Part shown: positions 21,347 through 30,903 of the stretch, in pieces
Layout of the letters: every line of letters begins with the position of its first letter
Numbering within the stretch: the stretch's first letter is position 1
IMG/VR virus record: IMGVR_UViG_3300025087_000055
Source of the DNA: an uncultured virus (IMG/VR IMGVR_UViG_3300025087_000055)
Lineage: Duplodnaviria; Heunggongvirae; Uroviricota; Caudoviricetes
DNA: 64,000 nucleotides
Strand: one strand, 5' to 3'
Translations under genes and position numbers: made by a program
Notes under the pieces: generated by a model
Seen by the model: only the letters and a program-made list of their open reading frames with translations
Told to the model about the DNA's origin: nothing
The model's database searches: none

Positions 21347-22351
21347 TTAACAAATAGACTCTTTTGTTGCATCTACAGAAGTTGAAGAAGTACTAGCGGT
21401 TCCACCAGACGTATATTTTTGAGGATACCCAGTATTACCATCTTTAGTAGCATCACAAACACAGACATTAGTTCCATCGAACCATGCTCTTGTTAATCCT
21501 CTAGGGTTATTAGCAATTACATCGAATTCACCTAGTGTTCCTAATGCTGAAGAACATGAATAAGATGTACATGCCCCACTACTTCTTAAGTAGGATGTTA
21601 ATGCTGTTCCACATGTATTTGTAAATGCAATACTTGTTCCAGATAGATAGTTTGTATCTGTTGTTCTAAACTTAACATTAGACACTGTAGTACAAGATTG
21701 TTGTTCTGTTGGTTTATTAGCCATCGTCCCACAGTTACTAGAATCACTACAAGTTCTTGATTGAAGTCCATTGCCACAAATTGACCAAGAACTGCAAACC
21801 CAATTTTCTACGCAACTAGCAGGAGGAGAATCAGCAGTTCCAGTACCTTGCTCTATTGTTATATCAAAAGAGCCTGTTGGATTAGGGTCTATCTTTATGG
21901 ATACGCATCCTACTTCTGGCAATCCTTCTTCTCTTAAAGAATCTATTGCTTCAGACTTGGCTGTTGCACAGAATTCCTTTGTAGTTCCTTCGTATTGCTC
22001 TATATCCACTAATCCTGTTGTAAATGATTTTGTCTGGTTCGGTTCAATTGTTAATTTGTTTGTTGGTTTAGCAGTTAAATCACTAAATTCTGTAATTGAA
22101 TAAGTCCTAGCTACAGAATCAGTATTTCTAATTGTAATTTTGAAATTTAGATATTTTACACCCTCTATACCGTTTACTACTGAAAGAGTTTTTATAAGAT
22201 TACTATTTGCATCGAAATATGAGTTTACTTTAACCATTGAACCTTCTTTGTCGGCAGATATTCCAAAATTACTTCCTAAAATAAATAGCAAAACTACTGC
22301 AATCACAATTCCCCATATTAATCCTGTTTTTTTCTTTGTCATATTTTTCAA
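21347..22351 (-). CDS. N-terminally anchored Cys-rich surface protein with a TSP1-like CxExWxCxxWSxC module
   Basis: N-terminal TM; CVENWVCSSWSICGNGLQSRTCSDSSNC module; C-terminal domain paralogous to 25442..27523. Confidence 0.8.
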   Translation of the reverse strand: MKNMTKKKTGLIWGIVIAVVLLFILGSNFGISADKEGSMVKVNSYFDANSNLIKTLSVVNGIEGVKYLNFKITIRNTDSVARTYSITEFSDLTAKPTNKLTIEPNQTKSFTTGLVDIEQYEGTTKEFCATAKSEAIDSLREEGLPEVGCVSIKIDPNPTGSFDITIEQGTGTADSPPASCVENWVCSSWSICGNGLQSRTCSDSSNCGTMANKPTEQQSCTTVSNVKFRTTDTNYLSGTSIAFTNTCGTALTSYLRSSGACTSYSCSSALGTLGEFDVIANNPRGLTRAWFDGTNVCVCDATKDGNTGYPQKYTSGGTASTSSTSVDATKESIC

Positions 22352-22352
22352 T

Positions 22353-22520
22353 TTATCTTATATTTACTATTCCATACAAAACACTGCCTATAAGAGCAAT
22401 AATTAAACCAGTCATATAATCTGGATTTGACCTCATTACCTCTGCTAATTGGATACTGTTGTTGAATACTACTACTCCCAGAGCCAAAATTCCTATTACA
22501 TAATTCCATCTTTTTCTCAT
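22353..22520 (-). CDS. 55-aa two-TM membrane protein (below cutoff)
   Basis: Manual translation MRKRWNYVIGILALGVVVF...LIIALIGSVLYGIVNIR; fills the operon gap. Confidence 0.6.
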   Translation of the reverse strand: MRKRWNYVIGILALGVVVFNNSIQLAEVMRSNPDYMTGLIIALIGSVLYGIVNIR

Positions 22521-22627
22521 GTAACATACCCTGCTCCTTTTAGTATATAATAGATAGCTAAAGCTATTGCTGTATAAAACAATACCTCATCCCAATGCTC
22601 TTGCCACCATGTTTTTTTCTTTGTCAT
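22517..22627 (-). CDS. 36-aa single-TM peptide (below cutoff)
   Basis: MTKKKTWWQEHWDEVLFYTAIALAIYYILKGAGYVT; ATGA overlap with the next gene. Confidence 0.55.
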   Translation of the reverse strand: MTKKKTWWQEHWDEVLFYTAIALAIYYILKGAGYVT

Positions 22628-22629
22628 AT

Positions 22630-22848
22630 TTACTTATCAAATAAATATCCCAATACTACTCTTATTCCTACCAATGAAGGAATATAAAGTAAAGCCGATA
22701 ATGTTGGATTATTTATAATATTATTGATTAATCCAAATATGTTGTTTCCAAAAGTAACAGCTATAATCAGAGTAACTATCCATAATGTTATCTGTTTTCC
22801 TGTCTTTGCTTCTGTTGCTTCCCATAATGTCTTCGTTTTTTTTGACAT
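22630..22848 (-). CDS. Small two-TM membrane protein
   Basis: ORF track; hydrophobic; first gene after the promoter at 22877-22907. Confidence 0.7.
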   Translation of the reverse strand: MSKKTKTLWEATEAKTGKQITLWIVTLIIAVTFGNNIFGLINNIINNPTLSALLYIPSLVGIRVVLGYLFDK

Positions 22849-22876
22849 TTTTATCTATTTTTTAACGCTTATTTTG

Positions 22877-22907
22877 TTTATAAACTATTTCTATCATTAA
22901 TTGATAG
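22877..22907 (-). promoter_or_regulatory. CTATCA-N5-TGATAG palindrome (22891-22907) + 6 nt + TATA TTTATAAA (22877-22884)
   Basis: Read directly; same geometry at four other loci. Confidence 0.8.
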
Positions 22908-24039
22908 GTTGTAACTTACCTAAACCGAATCCTCCCTTTTCTTTTCTAGGTTTAAAGTTTCTGTATAAAAGCCATATTATTAATCCTAAAACTGCGAATA
23001 TGAATATATACTGCTTACCTTCTATGGATTTGTCTGCCTGTTGTAAAATTAACTCTCCCGAAGCGTCAGTATTATATAAATAGGATTCGCCTTCTCTGAA
23101 GAATTGAACTGTATTTTTTATTCCTTCGTCAATAAAAGCTTGTTTATCTGTAATTGGAAATAATGGGCTTAATGGTTTTATTATAGTATTTGTAACAGCA
23201 GTCCAACCTTGACCTCCGAAGTTTAGAACAAATATATAAAGCATTAATAAAGAACCTAATCCAAATAAAACAAATGTAATCCAATTCAATACTGTTCTTC
23301 TATCTTTATATCTTATTCTTTTGAAGTAGAGTAATGTAAATGGAACTATGAAAAATGCAGAAAGTGATAAGAAAAGTATTAAAATTGATGGGGGTAATGA
23401 TTTTACATTATTAAATGACGGGTCATATCCTGATTCGCTTGATTGAACTTCTTTGATAAATTTGTCAATAAATCCGTTTAAGTCTATCCCCCTAAATTCA
23501 TCATTTGCTGAGAGAACCCTGATAAATAATGGCTTACAGATTTTGTAAGCATTTGTTGATGTTATTCTCTTAAAGTCAATATCTGGATTTAGTTCTTCTA
23601 CATAAGTATCAAGATTCTGTTCTGTCGGTGGATGAGCAATTACATTCGGAATAAGTGTATGAGTAATTGCATATGGAACCATTTTTTCATGGCTAGGCAA
23701 ATCTTGTGGTTGATGTGATGCACCCCCCCAAGCACACGCTTTTTCTTGTTCTGACGTTGCTGCCTTTAATATTGCTGTGGCAAAAGAAGGGGTATGAGTG
23801 ACTTGATAGGATTTGAACCTTTCATAATAAAGGGAGACAAATGAGTCAGACAATAAATTTCCTGCTAATACCAATTCAGGATATTTGATATATAATTTTC
23901 CTGCCTCTGTTTCTGGAGACTGTTTAGCTCCTGAATCTGTAATATAAAAATGTGTGATTGGAAAATCTGCTGAAACATTTGTGACTAATAAAAACATTGT
24001 TATCATCGAAAATAAAACTATAAATATTTTTTTATTCAT
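22897..24039 (-). CDS. Membrane-anchored Zn-dependent phospholipase C / P1-nuclease-like hydrolase
   Basis: Signal peptide, then ITH, SD, TH, SHQPQDLPSH and HPPTEQNLD in the Zn_dep_PLC metal-ligand order; three C-terminal TM segments. Confidence 0.7.
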   Translation of the reverse strand: MNKKIFIVLFSMITMFLLVTNVSADFPITHFYITDSGAKQSPETEAGKLYIKYPELVLAGNLLSDSFVSLYYERFKSYQVTHTPSFATAILKAATSEQEKACAWGGASHQPQDLPSHEKMVPYAITHTLIPNVIAHPPTEQNLDTYVEELNPDIDFKRITSTNAYKICKPLFIRVLSANDEFRGIDLNGFIDKFIKEVQSSESGYDPSFNNVKSLPPSILILFLSLSAFFIVPFTLLYFKRIRYKDRRTVLNWITFVLFGLGSLLMLYIFVLNFGGQGWTAVTNTIIKPLSPLFPITDKQAFIDEGIKNTVQFFREGESYLYNTDASGELILQQADKSIEGKQYIFIFAVLGLIIWLLYRNFKPRKEKGGFGLGKLQPIN

Positions 24040-25282
24040 TTATAAACCTCTTAATTCTATCTAAAACTTCTTGTGGATTTTTTAATTCGTTCTCCCAGAT
24101 TATTAAAGTTTTATAACCCAAAGAAGAGTATGCCTCTAATCTTCTTTTGTCTTTATCTCTCTGTTTTAATTGTCCTTTTGTTAAATCTGAATAGATATTT
24201 GGATTAGCGTGCCAATAATCTCCATAAACTTCTATTATATGCTTGGGATTTTTAGAAAGAAAATCTGGATTGAAACCACCAATCCATACTTGCCCATCTC
24301 CAACATAATTAAATGGAAGATTGTTTTCTTTTATTAAAGTGTCTAACATTATTTCTGGTTTGTTGGGTTTTCTATTCATTGCTTCTTTATATCTTTTTAG
24401 AAATTCGGGGTCTGAATATCTCTCTTTATTAATCTTTCTCATATTCTCTATTTTACCTTCTCTATTTTTAGACCATTCTATCTTCTTAGCATTCTTCATA
24501 TCTCTTAATTTTATATTATTTCTTCTCAAATATTGAAATACTCTTTGATTATGAATATTAGTAATCTTCTCAATTTCGTATATGGAGTTTCCCTCTTGGT
24601 ATAGTTCAATTAAATTATTTATTATCTCCAAGTCTAACTTTTTCTTACATATAAATCTCTTAATATTCATCTCAATCAATCTTCTAATGATTGCATCGGG
24701 AGAACAATTCATAATTTTAGCTATATACTTTATTGACTTTTTTTCATTCAAGTATAAATTTTTTATTAAGTCTTTATTCAAATCTAATCCTTTATATCTC
24801 ATATAATCTTTATGAGCTAACCCTTTAATACCTATCTCTTTATACCTCTTTTTTATTAATTCTGTGGAACACCCTAGCTTTTTAGATATAGCTAAAGCCG
24901 TTAATCCTTCATTCCTCAATTCCCTTATCTTCTCATTATCGATATGGTTAAATCTTTTATTCGGATTGAATTTAATCAAAGCATTATATGATTTTTTTAA
25001 TCCTAATCTATCCGCCTTTGATTGAATACTTCTTATAGTCTTATTAGGTATTAACTTAATTATCTCTTTATTTATATTATCTGCATAGTTTTCTTTTAGT
25101 CTCTTTGTATCTTCTTGTGTCCAATCTTCTCTTTTTTCTCTTCTCAATAATTTTAACTTTAATGCTTTATGTTGAATTGAAGATTCTGACCTATTAAGTA
25201 ATTTAGACAATTGGGATAGTGAATTATTTTTATATAAGTCTAAAAGTATATTAATCTCCCCTTCAGTCCATTCCTTTTTCAT
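24032..25282 (-). CDS. Free-standing endonuclease: HTH/SANT-like repeats + Vsr/DUF559-like PD-(D/E)XK domain; likely start MKKEW at 25282
   Basis: WTxxE repeats; PDFL...IIEVYGDYWH...LGYKTLIIWE. Start revised because an RHH ORF in another frame ends with ATGA at 25279-25282. Confidence 0.8.
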   Translation of the reverse strand: MKKEWTEGEINILLDLYKNNSLSQLSKLLNRSESSIQHKALKLKLLRREKREDWTQEDTKRLKENYADNINKEIIKLIPNKTIRSIQSKADRLGLKKSYNALIKFNPNKRFNHIDNEKIRELRNEGLTALAISKKLGCSTELIKKRYKEIGIKGLAHKDYMRYKGLDLNKDLIKNLYLNEKKSIKYIAKIMNCSPDAIIRRLIEMNIKRFICKKKLDLEIINNLIELYQEGNSIYEIEKITNIHNQRVFQYLRRNNIKLRDMKNAKKIEWSKNREGKIENMRKINKERYSDPEFLKRYKEAMNRKPNKPEIMLDTLIKENNLPFNYVGDGQVWIGGFNPDFLSKNPKHIIEVYGDYWHANPNIYSDLTKGQLKQRDKDKRRLEAYSSLGYKTLIIWENELKNPQEVLDRIKRFINE

Positions 25283-25398
25283 TTTTTCTTCATTAACCTT
25301 CTTATTATCTCGTTGTATGTTTCTCTTTTTGTAATTCTCAACTTCTTTAATTTCTCTAAAGTTTTGTGTTCTATCTGGATATTTGTTCTTTGTTCCAT
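25279..25398 (-). CDS. 39-aa RHH/antitoxin-like regulator hidden under the annotated N-terminal extension
   Basis: MEQRTNIQIEHKTLEKLKKLRITKRETYNEIIRRLMKKK; TATA TTTAAATA at 25420-25427. Confidence 0.7.
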   Translation of the reverse strand: MEQRTNIQIEHKTLEKLKKLRITKRETYNEIIRRLMKKK

Positions 25399-25441
25399 AC
25401 ACAATAGATACACAACTACTATTTAAAGCTTGCTGTTGCAT

Positions 25442-27523
25442 TTAATATCCCGTCAAACTAGAAGAAACTTGCGATTTCTTTCTCCTTATTAATTTAATTA
25501 CAACTATAATTAATAAAATTCCGATTCCGATTATTAATATTAATCCATAATTGAAACCACCTGATGGCGGTACGCATTGGTTATCTTTACATATATTTGG
25601 ATAAGTACAATCTTTATGTTCAACACATTGTAATAATCCTCCCCCATCAGGGATTACATTTATGGCTGCACTTCTTAAAGTTTGACTTCCTAATTCATCA
25701 GCAGAACTTGTTATATCGAAGAAATAACCTTGATTAGGTATTTCAAAGTTATAATCAAATGAATATATTCCATCTGAACCAGTTAGTAAACTTGTGATAT
25801 CTTCTATTTTACCTGAAACAATAACTTTAATTGTATTTTTAGAATCTACTAACGTACCTTGTGGAGTTCTTGTCTCAAATGTTATAGCATAGACTCCATT
25901 CTTTATATCGACAAATTTGTCTATATTTGTATATTTTATCTGTACTGTTGCTTTTTTTATTGTTGGGCTTATAACTTGCTGTGGAGTGGTATATCCTTCT
26001 CTTTCTGCTGATGCTGTTATAGATAAAGTTTCAACTTCTTGCTTCAATTGATTTAGATTATATTTATATGTGTATGAAGTGAATCCGTCTAGTTTATTTT
26101 CTTTTATCTCAGGTATTGGATTTTGTAATAATGTTCCTGCTTGTTTTACAATTAAATTTATATTTGCTGTCACTGGAGCATTATTTTGGCTTACTCTTAA
26201 TTCTACAACTGCGGGTTCATTTGAATAGATTACAGTTGTCCCAGCATTAGCTGAATAAGCAAAAACTGCCAGATTAATAGGATTTGATATTTTAAACTCA
26301 TATCTTGGCTCTGGTATTACTTTTCCTGTTGAACTATAACTTATATCAAACACCACTGAGTAAGCACCAGTTGAGGATATTCCGTTAAATAAGAATTCTT
26401 CTATCTTTGAACTTCCAACAATTAAATTGGATGTTCTTGTTATTTCTTGCACTAATATTCCTTGAGAATCCTCTAGTTTTGCTTTTATTATTAAAGAACT
26501 TGCACTAGAAGATTGAGTAGAAAGTGACAATCTAAATTTAATCTGCTCATCTGCTTTATAGCCCGTTACCATGTTATTACTAGAATCTATAAATTGTCCA
26601 GATACTATCTTTATAGGAGAGTCACATCTAACTCCTTGAGAATCAGAAATACATTGATTATTGCTTCCACAATAGTTTGGTGTCTGTTCTTTCCCATTTA
26701 TACATTGTATTACTCCACTCTTATCATCTGTGCATCTATCATTCGTACATTGCTGTGTAACATCAACTACTTCTGAAATAACTTTATGGTCTGAACCTGT
26801 TCCAGTCACATAGACTACATTTCCAGAGTTAATATTAAATTGATTAGAAATATCAAATCCTGCTAATGAGGAAGAAGAATATGTTAACGGCTCTTTAAAT
26901 AAGACTGTTTTGTCCATATTTGATTTTTCAACTCTAAACTCTCCAGAACAAGAATAACCTCCTGAAGATTCAGAACATCTTATTTTGCCTTGATTACATA
27001 TCTCTCCAGACTTTAGTGAAGAAGAAGTATCTACACTCCCGCCAATATCATAATATCTTGCCGCTAATGTTCCAGTAGCAGTATTGGTACAAATAAATAA
27101 CCTACTACCAGTCCAATGAACCTCTCCAAATGGATTGGTTACTGAGTATAAGAATGAACTTTTTGAGACTCCACAATTTGCATTTGATAATTGGTCTCCA
27201 CGAATAAAACTACTCATAATAGAAGAACCTGGAATAGCAAACGCTATAGAAGAACCTAAAGTTAGATAATCTGAAGTTCCTCTGAAACTTACTATATCTC
27301 TACCTCCTAATTGATTCTGGCACTGCATAACTCCTTTTACATTACATTTTATATTATCTCCTGATGGACAAGGATATGGAGAAGAATACTCTTGCGATGG
27401 AGTTACAACAGCAAACCCTTTTAGATTAAAATCAACATTAGCTAGTATGAAAGCTCCAACTACAATTGCCAACACAATCCATAATACTTTTTTTTGTCGT
27501 TTATTCATTTTAACACTTATCAT
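25442..27523 (-). CDS. 693-aa doubly anchored surface protein (Cys-rich + Ig-like), candidate envelope/spike protein
   Basis: N-terminal TM, Cys-rich modules, C-terminal TM + RRKK tail. Confidence 0.75.
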   Translation of the reverse strand: MISVKMNKRQKKVLWIVLAIVVGAFILANVDFNLKGFAVVTPSQEYSSPYPCPSGDNIKCNVKGVMQCQNQLGGRDIVSFRGTSDYLTLGSSIAFAIPGSSIMSSFIRGDQLSNANCGVSKSSFLYSVTNPFGEVHWTGSRLFICTNTATGTLAARYYDIGGSVDTSSSLKSGEICNQGKIRCSESSGGYSCSGEFRVEKSNMDKTVLFKEPLTYSSSSLAGFDISNQFNINSGNVVYVTGTGSDHKVISEVVDVTQQCTNDRCTDDKSGVIQCINGKEQTPNYCGSNNQCISDSQGVRCDSPIKIVSGQFIDSSNNMVTGYKADEQIKFRLSLSTQSSSASSLIIKAKLEDSQGILVQEITRTSNLIVGSSKIEEFLFNGISSTGAYSVVFDISYSSTGKVIPEPRYEFKISNPINLAVFAYSANAGTTVIYSNEPAVVELRVSQNNAPVTANINLIVKQAGTLLQNPIPEIKENKLDGFTSYTYKYNLNQLKQEVETLSITASAEREGYTTPQQVISPTIKKATVQIKYTNIDKFVDIKNGVYAITFETRTPQGTLVDSKNTIKVIVSGKIEDITSLLTGSDGIYSFDYNFEIPNQGYFFDITSSADELGSQTLRSAAINVIPDGGGLLQCVEHKDCTYPNICKDNQCVPPSGGFNYGLILIIGIGILLIIVVIKLIRRKKSQVSSSLTGY

Positions 27524-27761
27524 GCTCCTTCATATATTTATTTGCTTGTTTTAATGCTTGGAATCTAGTATTGTATTTTTTACCTTTTACTTCCCACAAT
27601 ACTTTTATATTACTAGCTGTTGCCCTTTTATTAGGGTCTATTTTTCCAGAGGTTAAACCCCAAACAGAAACCATCTCATTACCATTTTTCCAAGTAGTAT
27701 AACTTGCTCTATATGGTCCTTTCTCATATCTATCTTTCTTCCAGCATTTTAATTTACTCAT
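27510..27761 (-). CDS. Small basic protein, paralogue of 53160..53384
   Basis: MSKLKCWKK...KYMKEHDKC vs MTKLKCWKK...AYMKEHNNC. Confidence 0.75.
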   Translation of the reverse strand: MSKLKCWKKDRYEKGPYRASYTTWKNGNEMVSVWGLTSGKIDPNKRATASNIKVLWEVKGKKYNTRFQALKQANKYMKEHDKC

Positions 27762-27762
27762 T

Positions 27763-27957
27763 TTAACATTTATCCCCTTTTATCTTAAAGTTATATCTAT
27801 ATATCCCATTTCCACCCGTTATATAATTTTCGATAGTTAAAGTATTATTAATCAATTTTCTTGCTTGTTTTTGAGTTTTAAATTTCTGAAGAGAACTAAT
27901 TCGTCCTTTACCCTTATTAGGAGAGTTCCAAGTTATTCTGTAACATTGTTTTATCAT
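27763..27957 (-). CDS. Small basic protein (likely start MIKQCY)
   Basis: AGGAG upstream of ATG 27957; the longer track ORF overlaps the upstream gene. Confidence 0.6.
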   Translation of the reverse strand: MIKQCYRITWNSPNKGKGRISSLQKFKTQKQARKLINNTLTIENYITGGNGIYRYNFKIKGDKC

Positions 27958-28211
27958 GTTAATCTCCTTAAAACAATTGCTCCATCGACCAAAAGTCCTA
28001 AAATGGCTAAAAGTAAAACTAAAAATTCTGCCCAACTAGGAACTTCTTTTTTTGTATTTACCATCCAGATGCCTAATCCAAATAAAAATCCGAACACTAG
28101 CAACCCAAAATTATCATAGAATTCTGGAGGATAACCTGAATTAATAAAACTTATTGTAATTAGGATTGAAAATATTAAGAATATCCACTGCCAAATTTTT
28201 AATTTTGCCAT
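27954..28211 (-). CDS. Three-TM membrane protein
   Basis: ORF track; hydrophobic segments. Confidence 0.7.
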   Translation of the reverse strand: MAKLKIWQWIFLIFSILITISFINSGYPPEFYDNFGLLVFGFLFGLGIWMVNTKKEVPSWAEFLVLLLAILGLLVDGAIVLRRLT

Positions 28212-28212
28212 T

Positions 28213-28455
28213 TTATTTTAACCCACAAACCTTCTCACGAAGAGATTTTAGAGTTTCTGCTGATTCTGTTTGTGCATTAGCTACTTTTTCCTGCGTGTCT
28301 GCTAAACCATTAAAACCAAATGCACGAAAACGAGATGCGTCCTGACGAGCATTTTTTGCATCATTTCTCTCCTTATTTTCCATAACTCTTAATTTAGGAC
28401 AACTTAATCCTCTCTCTTTCAATTGCCTTGCTAAATCTGCTGTATCTTCAACCAT
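28213..28455 (-). CDS. Hypothetical helical protein
   Basis: ORF track; tight operon packing. Confidence 0.65.
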   Translation of the reverse strand: MVEDTADLARQLKERGLSCPKLRVMENKERNDAKNARQDASRFRAFGFNGLADTQEKVANAQTESAETLKSLREKVCGLK

Positions 28456-29282
28456 TACCTTTTAGACCTCCTTATATAAATTATAGCCACTATTATTACG
28501 ATTATTATAAATAACACAGCAAATATACTCTCTTTTGGAAACTTCTTAATATTGTTTTCACATTCTTCTAAAGAAGAATATAACTTATCATTTTGCTGAA
28601 GTGCTAAAACTTCTATACATTCATTATTATAAACCATATAAAATTTTTTATCATCTACGGGTGGTGGGGAATATCCATCATTATAAATCTTAAATGTTGC
28701 TGTTCCACTAGGTATTCCTGATATACCGCAACCTCCTCCAGAAGTAAATGAACTATTATTTGGTTTGCAAGTTATTGTACCTTTAAACCTACATGTTGGC
28801 ATTGCATAAGATATAGGGGTGTTGTCTGGATAATGTCCTATGTTAAATGCAGTTCTAATTTTACAAGCTGATTCAACACTATATACATATTCTATGTGGG
28901 CTCCTCCAATGTCATTAGGAGACACTTGTTGTATTATTGGATAACCTAATTCTATCGTTGCTGGAAAGAAAATATCTTTTTGTAGTGTATCATCTCTAGG
29001 CAATATCCAACATTTACCATTTTGATTACAAGAGTCAAATGTTACAATAGAATCAAACTCTTGTGGTTCATTTAAAGTTAATTGATATTGCCCTGCTCCA
29101 GGATATGAAAATGAAGCAGTGTATGTTGTTCCATCAGTATCTGTGCTTACTAAACTTCCACTAGCATCGTTTGTATTTCCAGGCACTATAACTATACTAT
29201 TCAACTTTAAAAATGAACCAAATAACAAAATTCCTAATATGATTCCACCTATAATTAATGTATTTTTTGTTTGTTTTTTCAT
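28455..29282 (-). CDS. Doubly anchored Cys-containing surface protein
   Basis: N- and C-terminal TMs with basic tails. Confidence 0.75.
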   Translation of the reverse strand: MKKQTKNTLIIGGIILGILLFGSFLKLNSIVIVPGNTNDASGSLVSTDTDGTTYTASFSYPGAGQYQLTLNEPQEFDSIVTFDSCNQNGKCWILPRDDTLQKDIFFPATIELGYPIIQQVSPNDIGGAHIEYVYSVESACKIRTAFNIGHYPDNTPISYAMPTCRFKGTITCKPNNSSFTSGGGCGISGIPSGTATFKIYNDGYSPPPVDDKKFYMVYNNECIEVLALQQNDKLYSSLEECENNIKKFPKESIFAVLFIIIVIIVAIIYIRRSKR

Positions 29283-29306
29283 TATGTTTCTTTTACGTTC
29301 TCCCGA

Positions 29307-29337
29307 TATTTAAACTAAATCTATCATAATCTGATAG
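29307..29337 (-). promoter_or_regulatory. CTATCA-N5-TGATAG palindrome (29321-29337) + 6 nt + TATA TTTAAATA (29307-29314)
   Basis: Read directly; arms extend to AATCTATCA/TGATAGATT. Confidence 0.8.
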
Positions 29338-29338
29338 A

Positions 29339-30022
29339 TTACGATACTACCACCAAACCAGACTTTGAAAAGATAACAAAATTTATTATTACATGAGCTA
29401 TTAATGAAGGTAAAATTGATTTGTACCTCTTTATTAATAATCCAGATAGCACCCCAAATATCACTGCTGCCAACAAGCTCCCAGATATTACTTTTACTGC
29501 TCCATAAGCTTGTATCCAAGTATCATAACCTGATAATAGTACTCCATACACAAATAAGTGTAACAAACCAAACAATATAGCAGAAATTATCATTGCTTTT
29601 GTAAAAGAGGATTTATACACATCTCTTATTAGTGCAATGGTTGCTGCCCTCCAGGGTTCTTCCAGAAGAGGAGCCATGATAACAATTACTAGGAATCTCA
29701 AGTCTTCAGCTACAGAAAGAGATATAACAGGTGTTAATAAAGAAAATACAGGTGATATTGCCGATAAAACCAAGAATCCTATACCTACAACAAGTCCGAC
29801 TAATATCTGCCCAAAGTATCCGTTTCTTATTCCTATTAACTCTTCTTTAAATCTGCTTAAGCTAAATATAAATAAAATATACCCCCCCATAACAGTATAA
29901 AGTATGCCTACGCTTCTTAAGTCAGGAACTGTAAATGTAAAAAGAAACGCAACAAAAAGTAGAGGTATAACTATCCACTTTACTACTCTATTCCTTGCTT
30001 CTTTTGAATTTCCCGATTCCAT
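29339..30022 (-). CDS. CPBP (CAAX protease/Abi family) intramembrane protease
   Basis: EExxxR (LEEPWRA), FxxxH (FGLLH) and HxxxN (AHVIIN) motifs in a polytopic membrane protein. Confidence 0.9.
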   Translation of the reverse strand: MESGNSKEARNRVVKWIVIPLLFVAFLFTFTVPDLRSVGILYTVMGGYILFIFSLSRFKEELIGIRNGYFGQILVGLVVGIGFLVLSAISPVFSLLTPVISLSVAEDLRFLVIVIMAPLLEEPWRAATIALIRDVYKSSFTKAMIISAILFGLLHLFVYGVLLSGYDTWIQAYGAVKVISGSLLAAVIFGVLSGLLIKRYKSILPSLIAHVIINFVIFSKSGLVVVS

Positions 30023-30023
30023 T

Positions 30024-30410
30024 TCATTTTTTTATCTTTAAATATATTAAGTCTGCTAAAATATAGCTAGTCAATGCTAAAACAAATTGTAATGAACCTA
30101 CTGCAAATTCACCAAATTGTAATATTGGTAGATTTATATTAAACAAAGTATTTATCAATGAAACTATAATTAATCCTGCTGGGAAAGCTAATATTATAGA
30201 TAATAAAGTTTCTTCTCCTGGATGTTTATTAAATACAAATGGAACCAACCATAAAAGTATTGCCAAAGCCGCTACAGAAGTTAGTATGAATCCGTTATTA
30301 TCTTGCGAACTTAAGTTTATTGTATTTAAAATAGCAGTTACTATTGAATAGATTATTGCTCCAACTATGGAATTCATTGCTACTCTTAAAGCTATATTTG
30401 ATTTACTCAT
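30024..30410 (-). CDS. Four-TM membrane protein
   Basis: ORF track; hydrophobic. Confidence 0.7.
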   Translation of the reverse strand: MSKSNIALRVAMNSIVGAIIYSIVTAILNTINLSSQDNNGFILTSVAALAILLWLVPFVFNKHPGEETLLSIILAFPAGLIIVSLINTLFNINLPILQFGEFAVGSLQFVLALTSYILADLIYLKIKK

Positions 30411-30697
30411 TTTTTATCTTTTGAAGTATACGCGGCTATTGTTGCAATTGGTACAAGCATATCAATTTCTTCTGGAATTGCTACCTCTATTGAATCTATT
30501 AAAGCAGATTTACCACCATAAGCACTATAAACTATTGGAATTGTAATACTATCATAAATTATTCCTCTAAGATTATTTAATGTGACCGCAACTGGTGCTA
30601 GAAAACCTGTTAAACTTGCGATTATCGATGGTATTCCTAATAATAAGTCTACACCATCTAAAATCCACGCCGTTAAATAATAATTCTTGTTTGTCAT
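30407..30697 (-). CDS. Small hydrophobic protein
   Basis: ORF track; overlaps both neighbours by 4 nt. Confidence 0.65.
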   Translation of the reverse strand: MTNKNYYLTAWILDGVDLLLGIPSIIASLTGFLAPVAVTLNNLRGIIYDSITIPIVYSAYGGKSALIDSIEVAIPEEIDMLVPIATIAAYTSKDKK

Positions 30698-30903
30698 TTT
30701 TTAATTAATTTTACAACTCCCACAATTATTAAGATTAATGAAATTAAGACAAATATAGGAGTAATAGCCAAGCTTCCTGCTTGACAAAATATATTCCACC
30801 AAGAACATGATTGCAAAGGTCGAAGGTAATAAATAAACAACCCAACAACTATCAAGATTATGCCATTCCAGTTTATGTTCTTTTTCTTTGTCATTTTATT
30901 CAA
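30694..30903 (-). CDS. Two-TM protein with a CSWWNIFC loop
   Basis: ORF track. Confidence 0.7.
   Translation of the reverse strand: MNKMTKKKNINWNGIILIVVGLFIYYLRPLQSCSWWNIFCQAGSLAITPIFVLISLILIIVGVVKLIKK

Noticed and set aside
22891..22907. tet operator
   Set aside because: Arms match the tetO core, but the spacer is 5 nt instead of 1 and no TetR gene is recognisable.
25283..25441. N-terminal extension of the 469-aa ORF
   Set aside because: Better explained by a TATA box and an RHH gene in another frame.
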